A stretch of DNA of 49,648 bases from an uncultured Candidatus Saccharibacteria bacterium (GTDB lineage: Bacteria; Patescibacteriota; Saccharimonadia; Saccharimonadales; JAGQNK01). The notes beneath the pieces were generated by a model that ran no database searches, was not told the origin of the DNA, and saw nothing but the letters and a program-made list of their open reading frames with translations. The translations under genes were made by a program, and so were the position numbers. Every line of letters begins with the position of its first letter. Position 1 is the first letter of the stretch. The stretch lies in assembly GCA_964636435.1 (NCBI GenBank), contig CAZWRS010000005.1, forward strand, positions 1-49,648, written 5' to 3'. This document shows positions 17,729-27,261 of the stretch, piece by piece.

Positions 17729-17863
17729 ATGTTACTGTCAGAATCGGAACGAGATCGCAAGATAGACGACTTTTTAGCAAGGAAATTTCGACAGTTCGAC
17801 ATTGAGGATAATATGCCATCAGTCAGAGAAGTGCGATCATTCGGCGGCCTGCACAGCAAGTAG
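17729..17863 (+). CDS. 44-aa small protein (absent from the ORF track)
   Basis: AAGGAGG SD; MLLSESERDRKIDDFLARKFRQFDIEDNMPSVREVRSFGGLHSK*. Confidence 0.6.
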   Translation: MLLSESERDRKIDDFLARKFRQFDIEDNMPSVREVRSFGGLHSK

Positions 17864-17909
17864 CAACCTTATAACACACTATTAGTTAGCGACAAATATA
17901 TACCGGTAA

Positions 17910-18197
17910 ATGTTTATAGAAATTATTATCTGGCTCCTGCTTGGAGCTTTGAGCGGCTGGATTGGCTACCTGGCCAGCAGAACCCCAGAGAAAGGCCATA
18001 TCAGTATATTCCTGGGTATTGGCATGGTTGGTGGCGTAGTGGGTGGTGCAATCGCTGAACAAGCAGAACTCGCAGAAATTCCGGAATCTATCGATGCTGC
18101 TAGCAGTATCACTGCCTTATTCCTGTCAGCTGTCGTCGTCATCCTCTACAGCGTTATTGCCAGTATCATGAGAAAGCGTAGAACAAAGCGACGCTAA
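17910..18197 (+). CDS. GlsB/YeaQ/YmgE-like small membrane stress protein
   Basis: IIWLLLGALSGWIG...IFLGIGMVGGVVGG three-TM Gly-rich pattern. Confidence 0.7.
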   Translation: MFIEIIIWLLLGALSGWIGYLASRTPEKGHISIFLGIGMVGGVVGGAIAEQAELAEIPESIDAASSITALFLSAVVVILYSVIASIMRKRRTKRR

Positions 18198-18206
18198 GCC
18201 TTTTAC

Positions 18207-18476
18207 CTACTGACGCGCATCAACACGTATCGCAGCGGCTAGCTTGCGCTTGGCAAGTACGAGCTGCAGTGAAACAATCGTCAGCAATGCCAAGCCGAGT
18301 ACGCAGGACTTCAGTAAGTGCGCCCGGCTGTTCATTACCAGCATCGTGCCGGACCCAAGCATGGCGAGTGTGGCCAGGCGGGCCGCACGCAACACAATTT
18401 GAGATGGTCTGAAGTATGCCGCGCTGGCCAGGCTGAGACTAGCGAGCGCTGCCGTAACGTGAAGAGCTATTATCAT
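18207..18476 (-). CDS. Small three-TM hypothetical membrane protein
   Basis: Hydrophobic ORF; ATG 7 nt after TATACT (18489-18484). Confidence 0.65.
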   Translation of the reverse strand: MIIALHVTAALASLSLASAAYFRPSQIVLRAARLATLAMLGSGTMLVMNSRAHLLKSCVLGLALLTIVSLQLVLAKRKLAAAIRVDARQ

Positions 18477-18500
18477 AAGCACTAGTATACAGCACGTGCC

Positions 18501-19370
18501 TCACGGTAGCCAGGCGTTAATCGAGATGAGCAAGGAAAAGGCCAGCAGCACGATAAGTGAATGCCGGAAAATGCGCCGGGCCCATACCGCCGCATTGGCT
18601 GCCCTGAAGCCCTGCACGCCAAGCCAGAGCCAGTACAGGCACAGTGCAGCCATGGACACAAGGTAGACGTAACCAGCGTAACCGGCGAAAGCGAGCGACA
18701 GCGCCGCAGCCGCAAACGCCACGAGGTATACCATAATGTGCTTTTTCGTATGCTCCACGCCCCTTACGACCGTAATCACTGGTACGCCGGCCGCCTCATA
18801 CTCCTTACGCCGGTATACGGCAATCGAGTAAAACTCCGGCATCTGCCACAAAAAAAGAATCACGAACAAAATGACAGCCCCCAGGTCGATATCATTCGTG
18901 ACCGCCACGTAGCCCGCCAAAATGGGGGCAGCACCGGACACGCTACCAACCAGCGTGCCGTGAATTGATAAGCGCTTGGATAGCATCCCATACAGCACGA
19001 CGTACGTTATAAAACCAGCCAGCCCAATAGCGACGACTAACATGTTGACCCAAGCATATAAGATTGCTAGACCTAGGACACCGAGTACGATGGAGAATAT
19101 CACCGCACCACGCCCACTCACCTCGCCAGCGATCAACGGTCGTGTTTTGGTACGCTCCATCTTTTGGTCAATATCTTGGTCCAGGAAATTGTTAATCACA
19201 CAGGCTGATGCAATGACCAGTGTCGTGCCAATAAGCGTCGCTGCAAACAACTGCCAGTCGACCGACCCCTTGCTAGCCAACAGGAAGCCAGCCGCGGCCG
19301 TCAGCACGTTTCCGTACAAAACGCCCGGTTTGGTTAACCGATAATACGCGCTAATCGTTCCCTTGCTCAA
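18501..19370 (-). CDS. cyoE: Heme o synthase (protoheme IX farnesyltransferase)
   Basis: LTKPG, NNFLDQDIDQKMERTKTRPL and LWQMPEFYSIA motifs. Confidence 0.95.
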   Translation of the reverse strand: MSKGTISAYYRLTKPGVLYGNVLTAAAGFLLASKGSVDWQLFAATLIGTTLVIASACVINNFLDQDIDQKMERTKTRPLIAGEVSGRGAVIFSIVLGVLGLAILYAWVNMLVVAIGLAGFITYVVLYGMLSKRLSIHGTLVGSVSGAAPILAGYVAVTNDIDLGAVILFVILFLWQMPEFYSIAVYRRKEYEAAGVPVITVVRGVEHTKKHIMVYLVAFAAAALSLAFAGYAGYVYLVSMAALCLYWLWLGVQGFRAANAAVWARRIFRHSLIVLLAFSLLISINAWLP

Positions 19371-19741
19371 AAGCCCTTATAACTTTCTTGCATCATATGC
19401 TCGTCCATCTCATGAGCAGGCATTTCCGGCATCATGTTGTAGTTGAGGTTATGCATAATCCACAGACTGGCAATCACAATGATCGACAAGACGGCACTCA
19501 TAAACAACAGCGTCCACAGGCTCCAACGCGGCTTCGACTCACTGCTCAGGTGCAGGAAGTAGTAGAGTTGGACAGCGACCTGCAGCAGAGCCAGTACGGT
19601 GATGTAGGCCAACAGCTCGCCACCCGTCAGCAGCTCTTGGGTAACCGCCACGTAGGCTGACACGGTAAGCGCCACTGACCAGCAAAAACCGGTGACATAT
19701 AACCGGAGAACCGGATCGGTAGTTTTCTGCTTACGCGTCAT
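19367..19741 (-). CDS. cyoD: Cytochrome bo3 ubiquinol oxidase subunit IV
   Basis: YVTGF..SVALT, QVAVQLYYFLHL, SLWIMHNLNYNM. Confidence 0.93.
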   Translation of the reverse strand: MTRKQKTTDPVLRLYVTGFCWSVALTVSAYVAVTQELLTGGELLAYITVLALLQVAVQLYYFLHLSSESKPRWSLWTLLFMSAVLSIIVIASLWIMHNLNYNMMPEMPAHEMDEHMMQESYKGF

Positions 19742-20322
19742 GAGGCGGCTCCAAGTAAGTATACGAACGTAAAGATAAATATCCAGATAATATCAAGGAA
19801 GTGCCAGAACATACCCAGCATGGCAAGTCGCTTCGGCAGCGAGCCGCCGAAACCCTTTTGCAGCATCTGTACGATCAGTACGGTGAGCCAGATTATACCA
19901 GCAATGATGTGCAAGCCGTGGGTGCCGACGAGCGTAAAGAACGCAGACAGAAAGGCGCTCTGCCGCCAGTCATGGCCAGCCTGAACCAGCTCCTTAAACT
20001 CGTAGAACTCAAGACTTACGAACAATATTCCGAGCACTAAAGTCGCCACTGCCCACAGCAGCGATTGTCGCTGCTTGCCTCTCGACACAGTCAGCACGGC
20101 CATGCCAATGGTAAAGCTGCTCGTCAGCAGTACGAGCGTCTCGGTCAGCACGAATGGCAAGCTAAAAAGATCTCCGCTTGAGGGGCCGCCGAAAGTTCCA
20201 TGTCGAAGCACGATGAACGTCGCGAACAGGCTCGCGAATAGAATACAGTCGGTCATAAGGTATACCCAGAGACCGAACGCTGACTTATCATCTACGGAGC
20301 TAGGCGCCTGTACCTGACTCAT
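19738..20322 (-). CDS. cyoC: Cytochrome bo3 ubiquinol oxidase subunit III
   Basis: [43 protein letters not shown]. Confidence 0.96.
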   Translation of the reverse strand: MSQVQAPSSVDDKSAFGLWVYLMTDCILFASLFATFIVLRHGTFGGPSSGDLFSLPFVLTETLVLLTSSFTIGMAVLTVSRGKQRQSLLWAVATLVLGILFVSLEFYEFKELVQAGHDWRQSAFLSAFFTLVGTHGLHIIAGIIWLTVLIVQMLQKGFGGSLPKRLAMLGMFWHFLDIIWIFIFTFVYLLGAAS

Positions 20323-22280
20323 GCAAACCGCCTTTTCTGCGTTTTATCCAGCTTAGCAAGCTCCTCAGCCGTAATGGTGTACTCGGTATTCTCCATAGTC
20401 AAGCGTCGTATTAGTAGTACAATCAGTACCACAAGGCTCAGCGACACCAACCACCATATATGCCATACCACCGCGAAACCAAAAACCAGCGCCGCACCGG
20501 CAATCAGCACGCCATCACCTGTATTTTTGGGCAGGTGGATGTCTTGGTACTTCGGGCTGACTGGTTTTGCCTGCCGCTGCTTCATGGCCCAAAATGCGTC
20601 ACGCTCGCTAACCGTTGGTAGCTCCGCAAAGTTATAAAACGGCGCCGGAGACGGCAGTGACCACTCCAGCGTTCGACCGTCCCATGGATCACCGGTCTTG
20701 TCCGGGTTCTCTTTGCGCTTCCAAATACCATGCGCCACCTGCAGCAGCTGCAGGCCGATGCCCGCTACAATCACCAGCGCGCCAATCGCTGCCACAATGA
20801 AGAGCGGCTGCCAGCTCGCCGACTCGTAGTGATCCAGCCGCCGAGTCGCACCCATCAACCCCAAGATGTATAGCGGACCGAAAGCCAGCACAAAGCCCAC
20901 AACCCAGCACCAGGCGGCTGCCTTACCAAGAAATTCATTGAGCTTAAAGCCGGTAATTTTCGGGAACCAGTAAGCCAGACCGGCAAAGTAGCCGAACACG
21001 ACACCGCCAATGATCATGTTATGGAAGTGCGCCACGAGGAACAAGCTGTTATGTACCTGGAAATCAATCCCCGGCACGGCCAGCAGCACACCCGTCAGCC
21101 CACCTATGGTAAAGGTATAGATGAACCCCATAAACCAGACCATTGGCGAAGCAAATGAAATCCGCCCACGGAACATGGTAAACAGCCAGTTAAATACTTT
21201 GACGCCGGTCGGTATAGCGATAATCATCGTCATAATACCGAAAAAGGCGTTCACGTTGGCGCCCGCGCCCATGGTGAAGAAGTGGTGCAGCCAAACAATG
21301 AACGACAGGAGCGCAATTGATGTCAGTGCAAAAACCATCGTGGCATAGCCGAACAGCCGCTTACGGGAAAAGGTAGCCACGATTTCCGAGAAAATTCCAA
21401 AAGCCGGCAAAATCAATATGTAGACTTCTGGGTGTCCCCATGCCCAAATCAGGTTGACGTACATCATGGGGTTGCCACCATGACTGGATGTAAAGAAATG
21501 CATGCCCATCGTCCTATCAAGCGCCAGCATGGCGAGTGTGGCCGTCAGAATCGGGAAGGCAAACAGGATCATCAACATGGTCGTCAGCACGCTCCAGGTG
21601 AACATGGGCATCTTCATGAGTGTCATACCAGGAGCCCGCATCTTAATAATCGTCACGAAAAAGTTGACGCCAGACAATAAGGTACCGATACCAGCTATCT
21701 GCAGGGCCCATATCCAATAGTCAACTCCGACACCAGGACTGTACTCGAGACCAGAAAGCGGCGGGTAGGCCAGCCAGCCAGCAACTGAAAACTCACCAAT
21801 CACCAGCGAGATGTTAATCAGCACCATGCCGGCTGCGAACAGCCAAAAGCTCACGGAATTCATAAACGGAAATGCGACGTCACGGGCACCAATCTGCAGC
21901 GGTACGATCAGGTTAATGATGCCGAACATCAATCCCATAGCTACGAAAAAGATCATGATTGTGCCATGAGCAGAGAATACTTGCTGAAAAGTGTCAGATG
22001 ACACAATCCCCGACGCGTCGCCGGCAGCCAGCGCCTGCTGTGCACGCATCATCAGCGCATCAGCCACACCGCGCAGCAGCATCAATACGGCCACCACGAT
22101 ATACATTACGCCAATTTTTTTATGGTCTAATGAGGTCAACCACTCCCGCCACAGCCAGCCAAGCTTTTTGAAATATATCAGAGCAGTGAGCATCCCGACT
22201 GCCGACACAGTCATCATAACCGCGCCGCCGATAGTTATCGGATCATCAGGTAAGGCGTTCAGGCTGAGTCGTCCTAGCAT
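20319..22280 (-). CDS. cyoB: Cytochrome bo3 ubiquinol oxidase subunit I
   Basis: All six metal-ligand His are recognisable (SAHG, WGHPEVY, WLHHFF, VAHFH); ARDVAFP and TGVKVFNW are present. ATG at 22280 with AGGGG SD, 8 nt after the cyoA stop. Confidence 0.97.
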   Translation of the reverse strand: MLGRLSLNALPDDPITIGGAVMMTVSAVGMLTALIYFKKLGWLWREWLTSLDHKKIGVMYIVVAVLMLLRGVADALMMRAQQALAAGDASGIVSSDTFQQVFSAHGTIMIFFVAMGLMFGIINLIVPLQIGARDVAFPFMNSVSFWLFAAGMVLINISLVIGEFSVAGWLAYPPLSGLEYSPGVGVDYWIWALQIAGIGTLLSGVNFFVTIIKMRAPGMTLMKMPMFTWSVLTTMLMILFAFPILTATLAMLALDRTMGMHFFTSSHGGNPMMYVNLIWAWGHPEVYILILPAFGIFSEIVATFSRKRLFGYATMVFALTSIALLSFIVWLHHFFTMGAGANVNAFFGIMTMIIAIPTGVKVFNWLFTMFRGRISFASPMVWFMGFIYTFTIGGLTGVLLAVPGIDFQVHNSLFLVAHFHNMIIGGVVFGYFAGLAYWFPKITGFKLNEFLGKAAAWCWVVGFVLAFGPLYILGLMGATRRLDHYESASWQPLFIVAAIGALVIVAGIGLQLLQVAHGIWKRKENPDKTGDPWDGRTLEWSLPSPAPFYNFAELPTVSERDAFWAMKQRQAKPVSPKYQDIHLPKNTGDGVLIAGAALVFGFAVVWHIWWLVSLSLVVLIVLLIRRLTMENTEYTITAEELAKLDKTQKRRFA

Positions 22281-22287
22281 ATATCCC

Positions 22288-23220
22288 CTAGTGCTGGTGT
22301 CCACTGTTTATTTCATGGCCGGCATGATTCGCGTGTTCATCCGTCTCACCATCCGGCTGCATGGTGTGGTCCATGTACTTCATGACTATTGTATCATACA
22401 AGTCGTGGTCCGCAGCAGAGTAGGTGGTAACGGGATGCTTACTGGTTGGCTGGGCCAGTTTGGCGTACTCCTCATGATCCAATGTCGCCGTACCACGCTT
22501 AACTGATGCTACCCATTCGTCAAATTCAACACGGGTTGTCGCCCGCACCTTGAACCGCATGCTTGCAAAGCCTTCGCCGCTTATATTTGAGGATACGCCG
22601 TCGTACTCACCGATCTCGTCGGCCTGCAGGTGCAACTTGGTCACCATGCCATTCATGGCATACACTTGTCCGCCCAGCTTAGGGATCCAAAATGAGTTCA
22701 TCGGTGCATCAGCCGCTATCTCAAAGTTTATCGGCGTCTTTTCTGGGACTTGGATGTAGTTGACGGTAGCAATATTCTGGTCCGGATAAATAAACAGCCA
22801 CTTCCACTGCAGTGCTACGACCTGGATGGTGACTGGCGGCGTATCAGTTTCTAGCGGTTTATACGGATCGAGATCGTGGGTGGTTCGCCAGGTGACTATC
22901 GACAAAATGATAATAATGACAATCGGTATACCCCACCAAACGGCTTCAAGCCAGTGGTTCTTATCCCAGTCAGGCCGGTAGGCAGCTTTCTTGTTGCCCT
23001 CCCGGTACCTATAGGCAAAGGTAGCCGTCATAATGAACACCGGCACTACCACGATCATACCGAGAAGCGTGGCAAAGACTAGCAAGTTACGCTGCTTTTC
23101 CGCAATCGTACCGCTTGGGTTAAGTATGGCGATATCATTTATGCGGATCAGGTAGGCAAAAAGAGTAGCAATACCTGCGAACAGCAGTATTGGCAATAGA
23201 ATCTTCAGTCTTTTGTTCAT
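22288..23220 (-). CDS. cyoA: Cytochrome bo3 ubiquinol oxidase subunit II
   Basis: [46 protein letters not shown] and SGEGFASM motifs; no CuA cysteines (quinol type). Confidence 0.96.
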   Translation of the reverse strand: MNKRLKILLPILLFAGIATLFAYLIRINDIAILNPSGTIAEKQRNLLVFATLLGMIVVVPVFIMTATFAYRYREGNKKAAYRPDWDKNHWLEAVWWGIPIVIIIILSIVTWRTTHDLDPYKPLETDTPPVTIQVVALQWKWLFIYPDQNIATVNYIQVPEKTPINFEIAADAPMNSFWIPKLGGQVYAMNGMVTKLHLQADEIGEYDGVSSNISGEGFASMRFKVRATTRVEFDEWVASVKRGTATLDHEEYAKLAQPTSKHPVTTYSAADHDLYDTIVMKYMDHTMQPDGETDEHANHAGHEINSGHQH

Positions 23221-23323
23221 AGCGCTTACGATTCAAGCATAGCATAACCGCGCGCGTAAAAAATGATACTGTAGCACCCCGGCCTGTGATACAATAGCAA
23301 CATAAGCAAAAAGGAATCTCTCT

Positions 23324-23863
23324 ATGGCCAAAAAACAACCCCTTAGCCACGCTGGTGCACGCATTTGGGCGCTACTCCGCATCGCACTGGGTGTAACTTT
23401 TCTGTGGCCCTTTTTCGATAAGCTAATCGGGCTCGGCTTTTCAACCTGCCGTGATGAGGCCACCAACACCGTTACCACTATGTGCTCCAAGGCGTGGCTG
23501 GAAGGCGGATCGCCGACGCTTGGTTTCCTTAAGTTCGGCACCAAGGGGCCGTTGGCTGAATTTTACCAAAGCCTCGCTGGCAACCCGCTCATAGACGGGC
23601 TATTCATGTTCGGCTTACTGCTTATTGGCGTTGCCCTCATACTGGGTATCGGCATCCGTTTAGCTACCACGACTGGTGCACTGCTGCTCTTCATGATGTG
23701 GACAGCCGCGCTGCCACCAGAAAATAATCCGATTGTAGACGACCATATTATCTACATATTGGTTTTGGCAGGTATTTATCGCACGAATGACAGGCAAGCC
23801 TGGGGCTTCAGGAACTGGTGGGTTAAACAACCAATCGTCAAGAAACTGCCCATCCTTGAATAG
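23324..23863 (+). CDS. DoxX/DoxD (TQO small subunit)-like membrane protein
   Basis: LLRIALG..FLW.FFDK, W..GGSPT.GFL, LIGVALILG...R, NPIVDDHIIY. Confidence 0.8.
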   Translation: MAKKQPLSHAGARIWALLRIALGVTFLWPFFDKLIGLGFSTCRDEATNTVTTMCSKAWLEGGSPTLGFLKFGTKGPLAEFYQSLAGNPLIDGLFMFGLLLIGVALILGIGIRLATTTGALLLFMMWTAALPPENNPIVDDHIIYILVLAGIYRTNDRQAWGFRNWWVKQPIVKKLPILE

Positions 23864-23935
23864 CAACTTACGCGTACGCTCACTGCAATGAGCCGGCATG
23901 CCTGTGCCGAGAACTGACGCCAGCGTCCCGGTCGC

Positions 23936-25609
23936 TTAGAAGTTTTTTCGGAAATGCTTAGTGGTATACGCCCACGTCGCGTCAGCTTTCTTATTGGGAT
24001 TAAATATGCCCTGCGGGTCAAAAATGCCTTTGAGTTCCTTGAAGTAGCCGACGATTTTCTCCCCATACATCTGCTCCAACCACGGTCCGCGGATCAGCCC
24101 ATCGTTGTGCTCGCCGCTTAAACTGCCACCGTAGCTCAGGACTAGCTCGTTGACTTCTTTCATGGCCGGGAGAATCGTATCGCGCTCGGCCTTATTCTCA
24201 ATATTCATGAGTGGAATGATATGAAAATTACCATCACCCATGTGTCCGGCAATGGTCGCAAACAGTTTATACTTCTTGATAATTCTACGAATCTTTGGCA
24301 AAAAATCCGCTAGATGTTCCGGATTGACGACCAGATCATCAATAAACGGTGCCGTGTGCTTGTCTTTGACTTTGCTGCGTAAAATCTGGAAACTGTAGCG
24401 CCGCATAATCCAGAACTTTTCACCCTGCCGCTCGTACGGTGCTTCCTCGAAACCACTAATACCGTAGTACGACCGCTTCTCGTCGAGTTCTTTGCGCAGC
24501 GCATGAATCTTATCTTTGATTTCTTCTGGATTATCTCCCTTAATGGACACCATGAGCACCAACCGCGGCACCCCGCGCAAAAGCAGCAGGGCGTCCGGAA
24601 TCAATCGGATAACGAGATTGAGAAACTTAACCGGTCCGAGAAACTTTAAGAAATACGGCATAAAGCGGATGGAGAGGATCAGTGTATTATCGTCGAATGA
24701 TTCGAACCGCGATGGCTTTTTATCAGCAATCACCTTGATGAGCTCACCGAGCCGCTTCATATCTTTGACAAAAACCACCAGCAAGCCCTCGTCCGACCGG
24801 GCATGCGTCACGCGGAATTCGATGTCTGTCACGAATCCGAGTGTCCCCTGCCCGCCAACAATTGCTTTCGTCAGGTCAAATATGCCAGTCTCGCGGTCCC
24901 AAACATCCCATAAGTTGTAACCGGTAGCGTTTTTGCTCACCTTAGGCTTAGCAGCCTTTATCTCATCGTAGTTTTTGTCGACCAGCTCGAAGACTTTTCG
25001 GTAGACTTCACCTTCAAAGTCTTTTTGCTTCATCTTCTTATCCAGCTCCGCTTTGGTAATCGGGCCGACTTTTCGCGCCTTGCCGTCAGCAAAGACAAAC
25101 TCCAGCTCATTCACAAAATTTGCTGTCTGGCCGAACTCGATAGACTTTTCACCACCCGAGTTGTTATTCACCATGCCACCGACTGTACAGAGATCGCGCG
25201 ACGCCGGATAAGTCGGCATCAACACACCCTTCTCCTTAGCGCGCGCATCAAAATCTCTAAAGTATACTCCGGGCTGCACCTGTGCCGACTCTTGGCCGAT
25301 GCGCTCAATCTCGTTGAAATACTTCTTGAAATCGACAATCACCGATTCATTTATAGCGCCCCCCGACATATCGGTACCAGCGCTGCGGGCCGTCAGGGAC
25401 AGATTCTTAATCTCCGTCTTTGCCTGCTTGGCCACCGCCACGAGGCGCTCGACATCCTCAGCATGCTTCGGCGCCACAACCAGTTCCGGCCTAATCTCGA
25501 ACATCGAAGCATCGTGACTGTATAGGTCACGCAGTTCGCTTGAATTATCTATATCACCCTCAAAGCCAGCCTTTTTGAGCGCGTCAATAAATGTCTGCAT
25601 GTTTGTCAT
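23936..25609 (-). CDS. FAD-linked oxidase (PCMH FAD-binding plus FAD-oxidase_C), D-2-hydroxyacid/D-lactate dehydrogenase-like
   Basis: YSHDAS, RSAGTDMSG, TVGGMVNNNSGG, GGQGTLG, GHMGDGNFH and SGEHNDG motifs. Confidence 0.85.
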   Translation of the reverse strand: MTNMQTFIDALKKAGFEGDIDNSSELRDLYSHDASMFEIRPELVVAPKHAEDVERLVAVAKQAKTEIKNLSLTARSAGTDMSGGAINESVIVDFKKYFNEIERIGQESAQVQPGVYFRDFDARAKEKGVLMPTYPASRDLCTVGGMVNNNSGGEKSIEFGQTANFVNELEFVFADGKARKVGPITKAELDKKMKQKDFEGEVYRKVFELVDKNYDEIKAAKPKVSKNATGYNLWDVWDRETGIFDLTKAIVGGQGTLGFVTDIEFRVTHARSDEGLLVVFVKDMKRLGELIKVIADKKPSRFESFDDNTLILSIRFMPYFLKFLGPVKFLNLVIRLIPDALLLLRGVPRLVLMVSIKGDNPEEIKDKIHALRKELDEKRSYYGISGFEEAPYERQGEKFWIMRRYSFQILRSKVKDKHTAPFIDDLVVNPEHLADFLPKIRRIIKKYKLFATIAGHMGDGNFHIIPLMNIENKAERDTILPAMKEVNELVLSYGGSLSGEHNDGLIRGPWLEQMYGEKIVGYFKELKGIFDPQGIFNPNKKADATWAYTTKHFRKNF

Positions 25610-25629
25610 TTTTCTCCTATAGCTTTAGC

Positions 25630-25645
25630 GATATGGTACCATATC
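25630..25645. promoter_or_regulatory. Perfect 16-bp palindrome, candidate bidirectional extended -10 or operator
   Basis: GATATGGTACCATATC lies between two divergent genes and reads TG-G-TACCAT on both strands. Confidence 0.55.
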
Positions 25646-25678
25646 AGGGAAATCTTTAATAGGAACAGTAATAGGCCC

Positions 25679-26893
25679 TTGAGCAAAAAAAACATAGTTA
25701 TCATTGGTGGCGGCTTCGGCGGCATCAAGGCCGCCCTGGAGCTGGTGAACGATCCCGGGTTCCATGTCACCCTGATTGCCGCCCATGCCGATTTTCGTAT
25801 TTATGGCACGCTGTACCGGGTAGCGACTGGCGGCAGCCTGAAGGTATCCAGTGTGCCGCTCACGGAAATCTTTGCCGGCAAGAAAATCGACATCATTATC
25901 GATAAGGCTACTAAGCTTGATCGAGAGGCTCGTACGGTTACGACTGAGAGCGGTCAGACCCTCAGCTACAACGCGCTCATCTGTGCGCTGGGCGTTACGA
26001 CCAACTACTTTGGCATCAAAGGCTTGGAAGAGTTCTCCTTTGGCATCAAATCACCTGCCGAGGCCGAGAAACTCAAAGAACACCTGCACCATCAGTTAAC
26101 TGATGAAGGTAAAATTGATCTCAACTATGTCGTCGTCGGCGGTGGCCCGACCGGTGTAGAGCTGGCCGGAGCACTTCCTTCCTATATCAGAAAAATCAGC
26201 GAACAGCACGGTCTGCCGAAACGGAAAGTACGGGTAGAGCTCATTGAAGCATCACCGCGCATCTTACCCCGTATGCCGAAGGATATCTCCTACACCGTTA
26301 AGCGTCACTTGCAGAAGGAAGGCGTGCGCGTCATGACTAGCAGGGCCGTACAGGCGCAAACTGCCGAAGCTTTGCTCGTCAACGGCAGGCCCATACAGAG
26401 CCAAACGGTTATCTGGACCGCTGGCGTGACCAATAACCCTTTCTTCACAGCGCAAGGATTCCAGCTGGCCGCCAACCGCAAAGTCCGCGTCGACCAGTTC
26501 CTGCAAGCAGAGCCCGGCATCTACGTCATAGGCGACAATGCCGATACGCCCTACAGCGGCATGGCGCAGGTTGCGCTGGATGACGGAAAATATGTCGCCC
26601 AAAATCTCCGGCGTATTGCACGCGGCGACGACCCCAAACCGTATCAAGCTAAAAAACCTATCTACGTCATGCCCGCGGGTCCGCGCTGGGCAGCTGTCCT
26701 GTGGGGCAAGTTCCGGATATACGGTATCCTCGGCTGGTGGTTACGTCGGGCAGCCGATTTCATCGCTTACCACGACTACGAGCCTTGGTACTCGGCCATA
26801 CAGCGCTGGCTAGCCGAGGACGATGAAGAAGAGAACTGCATTACCTGCGACGCCAAACTTGCCCGCGTCATGTACGAGTCCGGCGAAATCTAG
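25679..26893 (+). CDS. ndh: Type II NADH:quinone oxidoreductase (NDH-2)
   Basis: Two Rossmann motifs (IIGGGFGG, VVGGGPTGVELAG), IWTAGV, VYVIGD-like YVIGDNA and AQVA; TTG start. Confidence 0.85.
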   Translation: MSKKNIVIIGGGFGGIKAALELVNDPGFHVTLIAAHADFRIYGTLYRVATGGSLKVSSVPLTEIFAGKKIDIIIDKATKLDREARTVTTESGQTLSYNALICALGVTTNYFGIKGLEEFSFGIKSPAEAEKLKEHLHHQLTDEGKIDLNYVVVGGGPTGVELAGALPSYIRKISEQHGLPKRKVRVELIEASPRILPRMPKDISYTVKRHLQKEGVRVMTSRAVQAQTAEALLVNGRPIQSQTVIWTAGVTNNPFFTAQGFQLAANRKVRVDQFLQAEPGIYVIGDNADTPYSGMAQVALDDGKYVAQNLRRIARGDDPKPYQAKKPIYVMPAGPRWAAVLWGKFRIYGILGWWLRRAADFIAYHDYEPWYSAIQRWLAEDDEEENCITCDAKLARVMYESGEI

Positions 26894-26910
26894 CAGCATA
26901 TCGTAATAAG

Positions 26911-27261
26911 CTACGACGAATCTACACCCTCAGCCCTATCGCGTGGTGCACGTGGCCAGATAATTTTAGCTATGACATCATCGAAATCCAGCCAGCCGAA
27001 CTGGCGGCTATCGGAACTGTCGGCCTCATGATCACCAACGACATACAACTTCTTACCCCTGATAGCAGTAATGCGTTTTATCTTCTCTTTGCCATTATGG
27101 AAAAATATAACCACATCGCCCGGTTTCAGCCGCGCAAACCATCGCCAGCCATACACCAGCGTACCCGGTGGCAGAACCGGCAACATACTATGCCCACTAA
27201 TCTGACGGATAGTGACGGGCAGCTTACGACTTGGTCGCTTTGAAGATTTCGGCGATTTCAT
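26911..27261 (-). CDS. sodX: Ni-SOD maturation protease (S24/S26 family)
   Basis: GHSMLP (Ser), KIKRI (Lys), GD...SSDSRQFG; immediately downstream of sodN. Confidence 0.85.
   Translation of the reverse strand: MKSPKSSKRPSRKLPVTIRQISGHSMLPVLPPGTLVYGWRWFARLKPGDVVIFFHNGKEKIKRITAIRGKKLYVVGDHEADSSDSRQFGWLDFDDVIAKIIWPRAPRDRAEGVDSS

Noticed and set aside
23255-23270. GTA-N8-TAC site (CGTAAAAAATGATACT) between cyoA and doxX as a Crp-regulon member
   Set aside because: Weak match and not at -41.5 from either candidate TSS (about -39.5 and -33.5), so I do not claim Crp control of the cyo operon.
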